In this document: positions 27,839-40,946 of the stretch, piece after piece
Numbering within the stretch: the stretch's first letter is position 1
Layout: each line of letters begins with the position of its first letter
NCBI GenBank assembly: GCA_051362555.1
Contig: CM120643.1
Coordinates: 13,180,644-13,244,643 of the forward strand
Source of the DNA: Lingula anatina
Taxonomy: Eukaryota > Animalia > Brachiopoda
Direction of reading: 5' to 3'
DNA length: 64,000 bases
Made by a program: the position numbers and the translations under genes
The notes under the pieces: model-generated
Databases searched by the model: none
Told to the model about the DNA's origin: nothing
What the model saw: the letters and a program-made list of their open reading frames with translations, nothing else

Positions 27839-28742
27839 GATAAGGTTATGAAAATGCAGTTTAAGACTGGCAAACACACGGATAGACATTTAGACGAAAC
27901 AAATAGAAAACTCGACTGACAGATGAACAGACAGACAGAAAGATGTATGGCCTTGTATTGCTACTATTTCCAGCTAAACATGTACATTTCCCCAAACCAT
28001 CTCAGTGATACCCTATATGCCCCGTTCCCTGTGCATGTTACAGTTCTTATTAAGCACGGCCGCTCTAAAAATACCCCAAGGTTTCTACAAATGTCAAAAG
28101 AGGTGACATCCATACGCACGATGGTATTGTAATGCTACATTTTAGTGTTTCACGGTTACTAGGAAGGCGCCCGTTTCACAATGGAGGCCTGAACACGATA
28201 TGTGACAGACAGACGTCATGAAGCTTTCACATGTGGAGCCGCGTGCATCTACATACTAACGTAAATATGTGTATGCTGAACTGCATAAAGGTAGGGGGGT
28301 TAAAGAGACTTTCCAATAAAGGAATTTACATCATGACCGCACTGTCGTATTAATACATCGTCTTTCAGTAAGATGTCCGAAAAAAGTTTTCCATACGTGT
28401 AAAAATACAAGCATAAAAGGTAAATAAGGAACTGTAACAAATTAAACCTGTACAAATTTTTATGATATGCATTGAAGGACATGAAGAAAACAAGACACCG
28501 GATAAAATTATTTCTTGGCATTCCAAGTTAAAACTGTAGATAAACGTTTACATAATGTGCCTTTACCGATCAAAGGTGTAAAGTCCCTTACGCTCGCATC
28601 TGCCCTCTATCGGTCTGGATCGTTACTATATCCGTTAGTATATGCTGGATGTTCCGGCACCTTCCATCAAGGAGGTCGAAGAAACTTTAAGGTTTATTCC
28701 TTTGTTATCGGTGGTATTTGAACCCGCTGTAATAAACCCACC

Positions 28743-28743
<1 letters not shown>

Positions 28744-28790
<47 letters not shown>

Positions 28791-28901
28791 GTCTTTTTTT
28801 GTTTTTGTTTTTGTTTTGTTTTTGTTTTTTTTTTTTTTGTCTTTTTTTGTTTTTGTTTTTGTTTTTTTTTTGTTTTTTGTTTTTTTTTTGTTTTTTGTTT
28901 T
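28744..28901. repeat. poly(T) decaying into (TTTTTG)n low-complexity tract
   Basis: Direct observation. Confidence 0.95.
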
Positions 28902-29999
28902 TAACCACCGCGCGCTGATGTTTTATAGTGCAGAATAACGGTACTCTCAACATTATTGCGTGTACTTTGACGTTTATTTCAAAAAACACTATCCTCATAT
29001 GGTCTTGTTGTTTTTCTACATCCAAAGCACGGAACTCGATTCATTAAGCTGGCTTTCAACTCGTGGAATGAACAACAAGCACTTGCCATAACTGAATTGT
29101 ATTGCATTTTTACACGAACCAATGAAAGTTGCATGGAGATGAGGTTGGCCGTAATGGAATGAGATACGATTCTTGCCTGACGTATTGTTCACGCAAAAAA
29201 AAGTTATTGTCATGGGTCTATATTGTGAAAAGGTGACATTATACAAAACGTAGTGGCCGTAAACATCAAAATGTAGTGACCGTAAACAACATAGTGTATT
29301 GTCCAAGATTTGGTTTTCAAACATGCTCCAAGACGAGAGGACCGAGGCTTCATTCCTTCATCTGTAAATGCATTGTAAATATAGCATCATTACGTCTAAA
29401 AGTCGTACGAGTACCCTATGATTTAATAAGTAATAGTACATTTTAGACCAGAAAGAGCCATTGATAAGTGCACTCGGTGTACCAGTATGTCATACGGTCA
29501 AAGATGATTTTACAAATAACACAGATGAAGATTTCCTTAGACGATTTACAGTCATTAATAATGATTGATTTAACCATGTTACTCTTTTGCCTTCTAGAAA
29601 AATTGGTTAGATTTTGAATCCTTTAACACAAATGTTACCCAAGACACAAAACGCCCTTTCGTGATCAATGACACGTACTGCTGTGGCCGGTGTCGTATTT
29701 GTGACGGCTATATGGTTTATTCCACAGCCACCTGAGACATGTATTTTGACGCCCTATTTTGTTGTAACATTTCCGTTGCAACGCAGACATTGTTGTTTAA
29801 ATGGAGGAAATAACAATGATTAAGTGTTTCGTTAATCTAGTTCCCTCAACGTGCCCACGATGACCCATGCAATTTGGGACCACTAGGTCTCAAGTGTTGT
29901 AATGTTTCTTTTATACCAAAGGACAATTTGAGATCTTTGGTAATTCTGAAACTGCTGAACTTATATACGCTGCATATAGATAATTTATGTGATCACGTT

Positions 30000-30800
30000 T
30001 GTTCGCAGGGCTATCCCTCAGTTATCCATTTCCGAGGATATCCCACACATTTTCAATGAGGTTCTGATCTAGAGGATGCACTGGCTATTTGTCGTGGGGT
30101 CTGGGTTTGGTATAACCCGCCTACTGTTGCATTGGCTACAACATGTACGTGGAGTAAAAATATCATGCTGAATCATAAATGGGTGGTCAGGGTTCCCCCA
30201 AAGATATTCTCGATAAAATTCCTCAAATTTCCCTCCAGTGTTTGGATGCAGTGCTATGCGTTAAGGTTCCAATTGACCACTACCAGCTCGTCTACACCAT
30301 AGTTGCCAATACACCCCATATCATGACTTATTTGGGGTGTGTCTTGTGGACCAGAGACAAAAACTTGAGAAGATTTTTCTTATTAGCTGTTCTTCAAAAC
30401 CTTGGGCATCCATCGCTTCTGACACCCGCTTTCATCTGAGAACAGTATCATTGCCCAGTTGTTGGCTCTTGTCTCTTAACAATAACCCTGCCAAAACAAC
30501 GGCGATTGTGCAGACGTCTTCTGACGTTAAACTCAGAAATTGGTTTGCCTATTATGGTTAAATGTTGATGTCAAATCCTTAAATGCCATAAAACGTTTTC
30601 TACGAGTAATATGTGTTAGCATTCTCTCTTCTCTGGGTGTGGTTCCCTTCGGTCGGCCTTACCCAAGCAATCTTGCCCATGTGCCTGTTTGGTTATGATG
30701 CTGTCTACCCTCTAAATTGTTTTCATGGGACAGTCCAACCTTTTGGCAGGTAGAAAGTACCACCTTGATAAAAATGTATCCTTCCAATTTAGGATCCTCG
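30000..30800 (-). pseudogene. heavily degenerate Tc1-family transposase
   Basis: Minus-strand fragments appear in the expected order: RPKGTTPREERMLTHITRRKRF (HTH; cf. GRPRKTT), NWAMILFSDES (first catalytic D), VMIWG..IGNYGVDELVVVNWNLNA, and FMIQHD (second D). There are many stops and frameshifts. Confidence 0.75.
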
Positions 30801-30931
30801 TATCAAGAATATAATTGGTGTTGGGGTATTTCAATAGTCACGCTTGATTGGTCAACATCCAACTACTCACATCCCAAATTGACACGATGATCGGTTGCCT
30901 AGTTGTTGGGTAATAGTAATATTAAATCTAT

Positions 30932-31138
30932 GACTGCATTCCCACAGATTTTAGATCGATCTATCCACTCTCACTAGATTGCTGTCAGCTTAGCCGGCTT
31001 AAATGTCTGTCCCGCCTACTAAAAGCTGTAAGGGGGTAATTAACTTCCGTGCACGCTCGGCTGACAGTAATTTAGCATGAACCCCCAGGAAGTTAGGTCG
31101 ATCCAGATGATTCGATCTAAATCTGTGGGAATGCAGTC
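30932..31138. mobile_element. MITE with 20-bp perfect TIRs (GATCGATC family)
   Basis: gactgcattcccacagattt ... aaatctgtgggaatgcagtc. A shorter relative lies at ~16210-16300 and a fragment at ~38250-38295. Confidence 0.8.
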
Positions 31139-31571
31139 TATGGGTACCCTTGTACCATTGTACACAAATGCGGTAGGTGTGACACTTTTTTGGCAGGGGA
31201 TTATGCATATTGGAGTTAAAAACATTATCACACTGGTATTTATATCTCTTTAAATCGTCACAATTTCTCTATACGTATCTATAATCTTGGCTCGTAGTAT
31301 TTGGCCATTAATGCTTGAATGAAAGTTTGATTTACTAATATACAGAGAAAGGGAGTATATACTTTCATGAAACTTGAAACTGCAGCCATTTTTACTGTAG
31401 TTTCCCATCCGTTCTTCACTTCCAGGCATATGAGCGTTCAATTAATTTTTAAATAAAATTTTCATTTCAAATATGACGTTCCAGTGATTGAACGCTTAGT
31501 GTTCAAATAAAGTTTATCCCCTCCCCCCCCCCACACCTTGCCAGGGTGACAGCTGGCTGGCGTTTGGATGT

Positions 31572-31687
31572 TGACGTCATACTGGCGAAGTGAACATTGA
31601 TGTCAACACCCAACCCTCTTAATTGACAAAGTAATATAAGTATGCACTAAAGCTGATCTGCTATGAAGAATAACAATTGTTACGTCA
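31572..31687. promoter_or_regulatory. distal CRE/ATF site cluster ~2 kb upstream of the RGK start codon
   Basis: TGACGTCA at 31572-31579, TGATGTCA at ~31598 and TTACGTCA at 31680-31687. Confidence 0.45.
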
Positions 31688-33454
31688 CAAGAAGATGATT
31701 TTATTAATCACGACTGTTGCTATAACGTACTACATATCACATTCAATTTGACGAAAACAAAAACTAACAAACAATATTTGCTCACGACACACGCGCATAC
31801 TCTCCCTGCCGCTCCTCTTATCGGAAATAACAAGATCTTTAATTGGATAAGTGACTGAATTGTGTGGTACATTTACTTTGGCGTAGGTCATTAAGAAAAA
31901 GGAATTGGTTTTGCTTAATAATCCACAAAATAAACTCTGGCATTATTGTAAGCGGATTTTGAAATTAGCCAGGTTTGTAATAACTAGAACAGAAATTTGG
32001 TTTGACAGAAGCGTGTTACTTGACATTGTAAGCCAAGTGTTTAAAAGATAAGTGATATATAGTCAGTTAATTGTGCCCAATTACCTGACCATCAATCTCA
32101 GCACGTCGTATTTCAGCTGGAAAATTTAGAACAACTGGGTTGACACTTCCAGTGCATCGGACGTCCATCATCATACCCCCTGACGCCTTCGAACGCTAAG
32201 AAGGTCCCTTGAGAGCAAGCTTGACGCCTTCAGTTTATTCGAAACAACCATCCAAGCACATAGGCTTACGCGTGAACACGCGGCGCACGTCCACCATCCC
32301 TGTTAACTTGATTTGACAACTCACAAATGGCGACTGCTAGCTAGCTGTTAATCTAATTCCACTGTCTCCCCTAACAGCTCCAATTTTGATACGCTAGAGC
32401 GTTAGATCGTCTATATATATACCCCCTAGAAAAATAATGTTAACACTTTTTAAGAATCCTTAGCGCCCGATGTCCTAAGGCATAAAACGCTAGGTTTCCA
32501 GATATGTCCTCTAAAAATTATTTCTCATCCCTTTTGGTTATTGAAGTCCACGCAACAGGTCCCAATACCAAAAGTTTACAGGTGTGCCAAGTGGGGGAGG
32601 GGGAGGTCGTGGGACACGGAATTTCAGTGATCATGGGTGATTCGCCAGCATGCGGTTGAAGCTGCATGTATATTCAAGTTTGGTTTGCTCTAATGTTGAT
32701 CTAAGTGACAAAGCCAACCAAGAGGTGTGGTGACATTTAAACAATTGCTCCCCCATCCGTCTCCGTTAGGTCCAAGTAAAAACATTGGCAACGAGAAACA
32801 AAACTGTACAATTTGACAGGTGCTTGGTTCAAGTCCACTCTGATATCATAGTTTGGACGCGAGATGGGATCTTACCGATCAATATGTGTCAATGAATGTA
32901 TAAAATGAAGAACATTCAGTCCTGTTAAACCAGTGTTAAGCGTTAGAGATGAACACTTAATGTCTTCCATAGCTCAGAAAACACACTAAAATGGTAATGT
33001 CGTTCGAATACCTCTCAGTTTTTTCCCTATGTTGCAATCCTGTTTCACATTTGTCGGTCAAGAGAAGAGAAAGAAACATTGAACGGAAGTTTTTGTCCTC
33101 GAAAACGCTCCGTGAGTAGAGGATGCTCTTTGCCATAAAGCATTAAGATTGGCGAACAAAAGGACAGAACAGAGCATATCCAGAAAAGATTTCTTCGGCT
33201 GTGATATGCACTCATAATAGTTTCTTCTAAGAACAGCTAATCTAACAACTGCTGTATATCATAAATATCATATTATATTGGGTATAACTTGAATGACGTA
33301 GCACAGTTTTCGGGGCCCCAAAATATGGGAGTGAAGCGATTGTGACATTGGTTCAAGTAACAAATAGCGAACTCGTATCCTTCATGTAACGTAAGCTCAA
33401 ATAACTAAATCCAGATTGTGACATCCTCCGATACAGTAGGTGTTTAAGCGGCGG

Positions 33455-33516
33455 TGACGTCATCAATCGATATCGCGACATCTGTATAAAATGTAGCTTT
33501 ACCAGCAACGCAGTTA
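33455..33516 (+). promoter_or_regulatory. RGK core promoter: CRE, TATA box and Inr-like site
   Basis: TGACGTCA at 33455-33462, TATAAAA at 33485-33491 and GCAGTT with its A at 33512 (27 nt after the TATA start). The ATG follows at 33628. Confidence 0.7.
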
Positions 33517-33627
33517 TTCTTTTACACTGGCACATTAGAAGAAACACGCTTGTGGAAGACTTTATATCTTAGGCGGTTGATAGCTTTGATTTAATCAAAT
33601 AAGCCTGTAGTAGCTACATCGGCGAAA

Positions 33628-34297
33628 ATGGGTATTTACGATGCCACGGAAGATCCCCAGGCTCCCAAGGACTTGAACTTAAAGACAATGCAGTATGAAA
33701 AACTAGACCCACAAATGTTGAACAAAAACGAAAGTGAGGGACATCTTTCAAGCACGGTGGAAACGTCATTTATTGAAGGCCCGACAAAATTTGAGGACTT
33801 CTGTTCCATGACGGAAAGCAAAAGCAACAAACGGGTCTTCTTCTCACGGAGCGTTTCAGAGAACAAATATTGCCCTCCAAGGAAAGCCCCTCCCCAGAGA
33901 AGCAGCTCCGATCTTGGAGCACGGCGAAACAGCGTTCCATCCTTTATGCTTGCAGATTGCCTCAATTTCGCCTCTTTTCGTTCTGTGACTCTCGAAGACA
34001 TACCCCAGTGTTGTAGGGTGCGGAACTTTGCGATTTCGTCCAAGGGACAGTTGCTTAACAGGGGTGACTCATTTAAGTTGTTGCCGGTGCAGGGCTTGAC
34101 CCTCGATGAAGTGGTGCTTAACGGTAATGTAAATGACCCCACATCCACCCAACCAAAGAGTAGGTCAAGTAGTTGCTCCAGTAGCGGTGTCGAGCGGTCC
34201 CATAATGTGACTGTCTTAGGAGAAAGCGGGGTTGGAAGATCGTTGCTTATCAGACAGTTTTGCACGTCAGAATATCTAGGCGCATTTGACCATTCAG
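33628..34297 (+). CDS. RGK: RGK-family small GTPase (Rad/Rem/Gem-like), coding exon 1
   Basis: ATG in context aaaATGG. The long N-terminal extension has RRNSVP and RVRNFAISSKGQLLNRGDSFK (an invertebrate RGK-like motif), followed by P-loop VLGESGVGRSLLIRQFCTSEY. Donor CAG|GTAAGT, phase 1 (670 nt). Confidence 0.93.
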
Positions 34298-34311
34298 GTA
34301 AGTACAACAGA

Positions 34312-34314
<3 letters not shown>

Positions 34315-34355
<41 letters not shown>

Positions 34356-34379
34356 TTGGCCAGATAAGGTTTTAATGTG

Positions 34380-34447
<68 letters not shown>
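34315..34447. repeat. (TC)n and (TA)n microsatellites at the start of RGK intron 1
   Basis: Direct observation; these explain the SLSL/YIYI tail of the track ORF. Confidence 0.95.
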
Positions 34448-34449
<2 letters not shown>

Positions 34450-37400
34450 CTTGTTTAGAGTTGTTTTGGCTCAGAACGGTTGTGTGTCACCTCCGATTAT
34501 CTAAAATAGACAAGACATTTGAAACACAAACGAAAAGAAACGGCTTCTCTGAGAATTACATATACAAAACAACAGGCATAAACGCCATTGGTAATACAAT
34601 CAGGATTCATAGCGCCCCCCCCCCCCCCCCACACACACACACATAATTCACTTCAGAAACAACCCAACCACCATGCATTTATGACAAAAAGATGTGTGAA
34701 TAAAAACCACATCTGTTTCCAATGGCATATTAATATTAGATGCTAAAGTAAATTTAACGAAAATAAAGCGCTGTTCGATAATGAAATTATACACCCGATT
34801 ACCATTAGTCAAATTATATAGGTTACGGGATGTTTTTTATCTCTAGATAGCAAAATAATTGGACGGTTTGAAAACGGACGTATTTACGTGTCACTTGTGT
34901 TAATGGCACCCCGACAATCGCATCGCTCCTGATCGGCGGGCACACACGACGGGCATTAACCCTTACTCCAGATACAAGGTCATATATTTTATCTTCTCAG
35001 GCCAATATCGTTAATGTCGCAGGGTTCCCATCAGCTAAGTTAAAGGTTGCCTTTAAGTACAGTGCTGGGAATTGAATGTGCCCCGAAATAACGTAAGTGG
35101 CATGCAAATCGTATTTCATCTCCCCGGGGCGTGGTTAGGCCTCCCAACCTCATTGATTTTTTCCTTTTCCCCAAATGGGCACGCTGTGTGATTGGGTAAT
35201 TTGTTATACATACAGGGAATTTTAGATTATTTTTTAGTGAAATAGACACTTTGAAGTAGGCTTGTACTGAAGGGAGATGAGATAGAAACCATTCAAATAC
35301 TAATGGATGACATAGTATACACTTCTAGAAAGTATTTTATGTATCATGTGAAACAAAATATAAACATGCCTTTAGAGATTGCTTTCGCGAATTGATACAT
35401 GCTGCGCGGAGCAAAAGACCATTTCTGGTCATGCAATATGTTCTGAGTGTGTTTTGCCAACATCCAGATTAGCTTAATCCTAATACTTTTTCATTTGGCT
35501 ATTGCCAATATTGCTAATTGCTTCATAAAGTTATCTGATTATGGATATTTGTTTCAACATATCACTTATGATGCGCAATTGATATGATATTGCATGTTTG
35601 TCTAAAACCTATAGAAAGTAGATAGGATATCGTGCTACAATTAAGCAGCGCAAATACCTCGCTGATGGCATCAATATCGAACACAGAACCTGGAAGAAAG
35701 AGCAAATTGATTCCAGTAGACTCGTTATCTTATGAAACCTTTATTTTGAAAAAAAGTACATGCTAAAAGGGCGCTTTGTCATTGACAACAATCTGATGTT
35801 GAAAATGCTCTAACACCTGTATTCATGATAGACGCTCCTTGTTTGTCTGCAACCATTGACATTTCATAAGCTTCGTTAATGTCATATCAATCACAAAAGT
35901 TGGGTAACAGCTTGAGCAAGACTATGTAGATTGAAAAAACTAACCACGCATTCATTGTTTTTAGGTCTATCATATTAGTGGTCCGTGCCATGCAATACTT
36001 GATGGCATGCAGTCAAGCATTTAAAAAACCATATGTTGTTTTTTGTTGTTTTTTTTTTCATAAGTTTAGCTTGAATGCATGGTTCTCCATTGCATTAGCT
36101 CTCGCATTTTGTGATGAACTTACCTAGGCGTTTTTGCGCTTTGTTGACTGAATGTTAGCGTTTTAAAAAGCTGAATCGTTCAGGATCAGTGCTGTTTGGG
36201 TATTGCACAATGTTATTGCGAATTCCCTAGCCTAAAATGAATGGCCGTCCACTTGTCTTCATGAACATCTTGATACATACCACCAATGTGCGACATTATT
36301 CACACTCAGTCCCCTGTTGTTTCTTTCATAACCAAAGCAACGATGCCGTCTGTCATGATGACAATTGAGTAATTTCATCGCAAAAAAACAAATAACGTTA
36401 TCTGATGAAATCCAGAAATAGACCAATTTCAATAAGTCCATCCAGGCACTACCAGGGGGTGTGAAAAACGCTCCCCACGCTGTTGATCATATATTGTCAT
36501 GTGCTCATTTATCAAGTAGAAACACTGCCCAGGAATCTTGTCGTGATGAGCCATGCAAATTGTTCCATTTACCCAAAGCTAAGATAACGTTGGCTATGTT
36601 ACCAATCCAACAATTATGTGAAAATGTCTTGTGCGGTCGTTTAGTATTTTTTCGCTAGAAAAATACTTGTTAAGTGTTTTGCACTGATGGATCAGTTTAG
36701 ATCAGAGAGAGTACAGTTTTGCAAAAGATAAGTTCTTAGAAACACCAAAGTGAAGTTTTAAGAATCAAATAGAAAATCCAATGGTAGTTCAGTTTACGTT
36801 TGCAATTTGGTTGAGTTTTGCAAAATGTGAAATATATGAAATAATTTGATCCCTTCCACATGTGTGTAGTTCCTTAAAGAGAGAAAGTTCAGGTACATTA
36901 TCTTCAATGACCTCATTCGAACGGCGATGATATTCAAGCTCCAGATTAATTAGTCCATCGTATGTCGCGGAAACACGAAGCCCGTCTTAAAAGACACAAT
37001 TAGATGCAAGCAGGTTTCTCGTGTTCACAAACCGTTCCTATTTCCAGACAATTTTAACGTTCTGCAAGGAACTGTGAGTTATCTCCAGCTGATAATGATC
37101 CTATCTGGGAACCCCTATTCTCCTTACAATTTCCTTTTTTGTCTAATTAACTATAAAGCTCAGGGCGTTTGTTGTCTTAAGTATCACAAAAAGCACCATA
37201 ATATGCCCGTGTGTGTGTGTGTGGCTTGTTTTCACACGCATACATATACGCGCACACGCACGCGCGCAACTTTTTGATTCTATTTAAAATGACAATCGGT
37301 GATGTATAGATCTCTTTCATCAATGAAGTTTCACTTGAATAGATTTAAAATAACATAGTAGTAGCTTTTTAATTCTTTTTATTTTAATCTTAACCAAAAA

Positions 37401-39333
37401 GTGCACTGGAAGATTTGTTGTTACCTCCTCCCCCCCCCCCTCTCGCAATTCCCACTTCCCACAGAAAATGGCGAAAACTCACGTCCCTTTCTGGGAAGAG
37501 ACAGATTGTTCGGTAAAAGTGACACCACTTTCCCTTTCACTTGCCCGTATTAGCTACTGTGAGAACAAGTATGAGATGTGTGTCCTGCGTTCACCGACTG
37601 AAATGAAAAGTGGATACGTGGGTAGGGTTATAAAATGAACAATTGAGAACTGCCCTCGCACAATCCGATAACTTATTTTTTATCTCCTTTTTCTTTTGGT
37701 TCTTGAAAAGTCATCAAAAGGGGGAACAGAATGTAAGAATTTCAGAAAATATCATGACATATGGGAAATGTCACGGCATTTCAGTGAGCGGTGATATTTC
37801 ATTTACTTTTGGTGAAGTCTCAAAGTTTACGTTGCCGTGGATTAGAATCCCTTTGGACGCTTTCTGTGCCTGTTGACTTTTAAACTAATTGGGGATTGTG
37901 GTGTGCTGAGTCGACACAGAACGGACGAGGTACCTAGATGCAGGGAAGTCGTAGCTTGCGCGTTTTATGGGCTCATTTCCAATGACACACTGTCATCTCG
38001 TGTTGATTACAACGTGCTTGCATAATCGTCTGATTTTCTATATTCTATTCAACGCCAACAGGCCCCGGATTCTTCCCTAGCCAAGATCTTTATTACCAAG
38101 GTTACATGGTCACATGGTCAAGTCTTAGCCTATGAGGAACAGTGTAACTGCACTCTTATGGAAATCCTAGTCAACTAAGTCCGAGAACTGACTTAAGTTT
38201 TTTTTTTTTTTTTGTGAAATTGGGGCCAGGAGGCGTGTTGATTTGTTAATCTGACTGCACTTAGCGAGAGTTCCCGCGGAGTTGGATCGATCTACGTAGA
38301 ATGATAGTTTCATTGTGAATGAACCTTATGGTCGTATTTTGGTCTCGCTGCACATTTAACACAAGAAATGGTGAAATACAAATCTGCAGAAACCCGAGTG
38401 TCATCAGTTTAGACTTTTAACTGAGATGCTTTTGGCATTTTTGCACACTGGACGGGTTGCATTAACAAAAATGCTGCTTTGTGAATACAATGTACGTTTT
38501 GTAATTTTACTTGCGTGGTCTTTTTTTTTAAGAGTCATACATACCGACGTAAACATCTCATTAATCAGCAAGGCGTTTCGTAAGAAGTAATTGTCAACCA
38601 ATCTGTCAACCGCTGTGTTTTCTCACCTGGTGCCTAGATTGCTAAAAACAAAGACACACACTGTTATTCTTGGAAACAGATTGGAAGTATTTGATAACAT
38701 TTTCTAAGTCACATTAAATCCGTAATGAGAAAGCATACCAAGCATTTGCAATCACAGAAATAGTCTTGGGAAGTACCTTTGTCTACTTAAACGAAATCTT
38801 TATTCGGTACAAAAGTTTGTAGATGTCTTATGCTGACCAGAGATAATACTTTAAAATAAGCAAGCGTTTTCTAATATCTATTTGACATAGTGTGTGTGGT
38901 TATGTAGAAGAAGCGCATGCGTCATTCTCTTTCTCCTGATTGACGCAAGTCGTATGTTTAATATCCTTTAATTTCGTCTGTTTTCATTCAAGATCTTTAA
39001 GTGCATCGCTAAATCAAACATTGGATGTGGGTGGTCTGAGAGTCCTTTAGCACGAAAATCGATGCAAGATGGCGTCTTTGCTTCTCGTGATGCCATGTTT
39101 CTTTTAATATTCTATAAACATGTTAGAAAGATGTTAACAAAGTCAATATATTACTCATATAAAATGGCTATAACAGCTATCGAACAGCTGCTTGCATCAA
39201 AAACCCTAGATATATGTATGTACGGCATGCAAAAAGAACCTTACATACACTATTTCTAGATAAACTTGTATCTGTACTTAAGGCTATATGTATACCCAAC
39301 GCACCATACTAATGATAAAGTGATATATTTCAG

Positions 39334-39416
39334 ATGATGATAACGACATCAAAGTTTCGGTCCTGATGGACGATGAGGAAACAGATTTGAGTTTCGACTG
39401 TTCGCCATTTAACCAG
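39334..39416 (+). CDS. RGK: RGK-family GTPase, coding exon 2 (not in the ORF track)
   Basis: Acceptor tttcAG| and donor CAG|GTAAGG. It is 83 nt, phase 1 to 0, and encodes DDDNDIKVSVLMDDEETDLSFDCSPFNQ, matching the Ras-fold VxVxxDxEExxL strand. Confidence 0.88.
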
Positions 39417-40915
39417 GTAAGGTCCGTTACAATTCATGCCTTAATCCGCTCACATTTTCATTTGTTCCACTGCCTACCTAACAGACAAACGCGCGCGCAC
39501 ACACGCGCTCAAACTCACAAAACATAACACCATCTATCGCCTCACTGGTGGTCATATGTCCTTACTGTCCGTTGTATATGTAACAACAGGTTTTAGAGCA
39601 GGGTTTTTGAGCATGCGTGAAACAGGCGTTTTGTGAAATGATTTATGCAGGTATCTTGAACAACCCAACACTTCAGAATAGCTAGGTAGTGAAAGCTAGA
39701 AACCGAGAGTTTTCACGCTCCGGTCTGTGCTCTTACCCCGCAATGGCACGGAAACTAGACAAAAATTGACAAAAATTTAGAACCTACATGTTCCAGCAGC
39801 GAATATTCTGTTTCGTTGCCAATAATGATCTTATCTATGAACGAAAGTAATGGCTAGTCACACAAACGGATATATAAAATGGCGCCGTGGTGTTTCTATA
39901 AACGCCTCTACTCTCGGCCTGTATGAATTGTTTTAACAGGTTTCGGCTTTAGATGACTGCAGCTATGACCTAGGCGACCTATTGTTGTCTTTAGTAGCAT
40001 CATTGAAAAGCAGCGTCTCTATTTATTTTGAGGCCGTATTTTATTTTCTTGATTTTCTATAAATCCAATAGCGTTTGATAGATGTGACATACGTTTATTA
40101 GCAAAAATGGAGATGTCATTGCACAGTTGCTGAGACAATTTTATTCAATTTTTGGCAAAATAAATTATCACATTTGTCCTCTTTACGTTTTAGAAATGAA
40201 TGAATTATTTGAAAAGTCTTCAAAATACGACGCATCAATTTGCGTGTAAAAACATTATCTCTGTTAAACTCCCGCGTGGCAAATACAAAAAGACATTTAA
40301 CAGCTAGCACAGGAAAGAGAAAAGAAAACACATTTATTTTAATCTTTACCATTCACAGGAATGGCAGTACTTATAAGCCAATCACAAAAACATCCTCATT
40401 TCTTTTCTAAATAATCATCTTTAACTCAATCAAATGAAAGAATAGTAAATTAATTAACCAGGTGTTCATTGATGTTCTTCATATTGGTTGCTAAGACAAC
40501 GTATCACATTGACGCACGTTCCTAGCTATGGTTCGGCTGCTTTATTCAAATCCGCGGCAATCTTAATTAGGAGAATCTAAAGATAACATTGTCAGTTCAC
40601 TATAAAACACGCTGTGATGGCTTCACGATGCGAAATAGATGGATCTTTTATGAGATCATTGGCACTTAAGATAGGAAAAAAGGACGGCAAATCGTCAAAA
40701 TACAAGTTGGAGTTGTTTTGAAAGTATTTTGGCATCCATGATGAGGAAATAATGGATTCCGTGTCGTGGTTTTAAAGGTAATTCGATCAAACGGTGAACG
40801 CCAAGGTGGTCATTGGCATCTATGTCAAAAAGCTAAGATTTCTCAAATTGCCATACGCAGCCAGAGAGATCACGTTTTAATAATCGTCTACGGTTCATAC
40901 GCTGTAGGTGTGGTC

Positions 40916-40946
<31 letters not shown>

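Noticed and set aside
28695-28730. Minus-strand B-box-like GGTTCAAATACC
   Set aside because: No cloverleaf or A box; at most a tRNA-derived SINE fragment.
28642-29025. Poly-Phe and poly-Lys ORFs (also 15637-15944 and 17721-17954)
   Set aside because: These are translations of homopolymer or microsatellite tracts.
33636-34307. 223-aa minus-strand ORF
   Set aside because: It is the antisense shadow of RGK exon 1 and has no recognisable motifs.
34298-34458. C-terminal part of the 276-aa track ORF (SLSLSL/YIYIYI)
   Set aside because: It is read-through past the CAG|GTAAGT donor into intronic microsatellites.
36395-36450. CTGATGA-N6-GAAA hammerhead-like core (similar at ~12320, ~18842 and ~19709)
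   Set aside because: Stems I and III cannot be paired around an NUH site, so it is consistent with chance.
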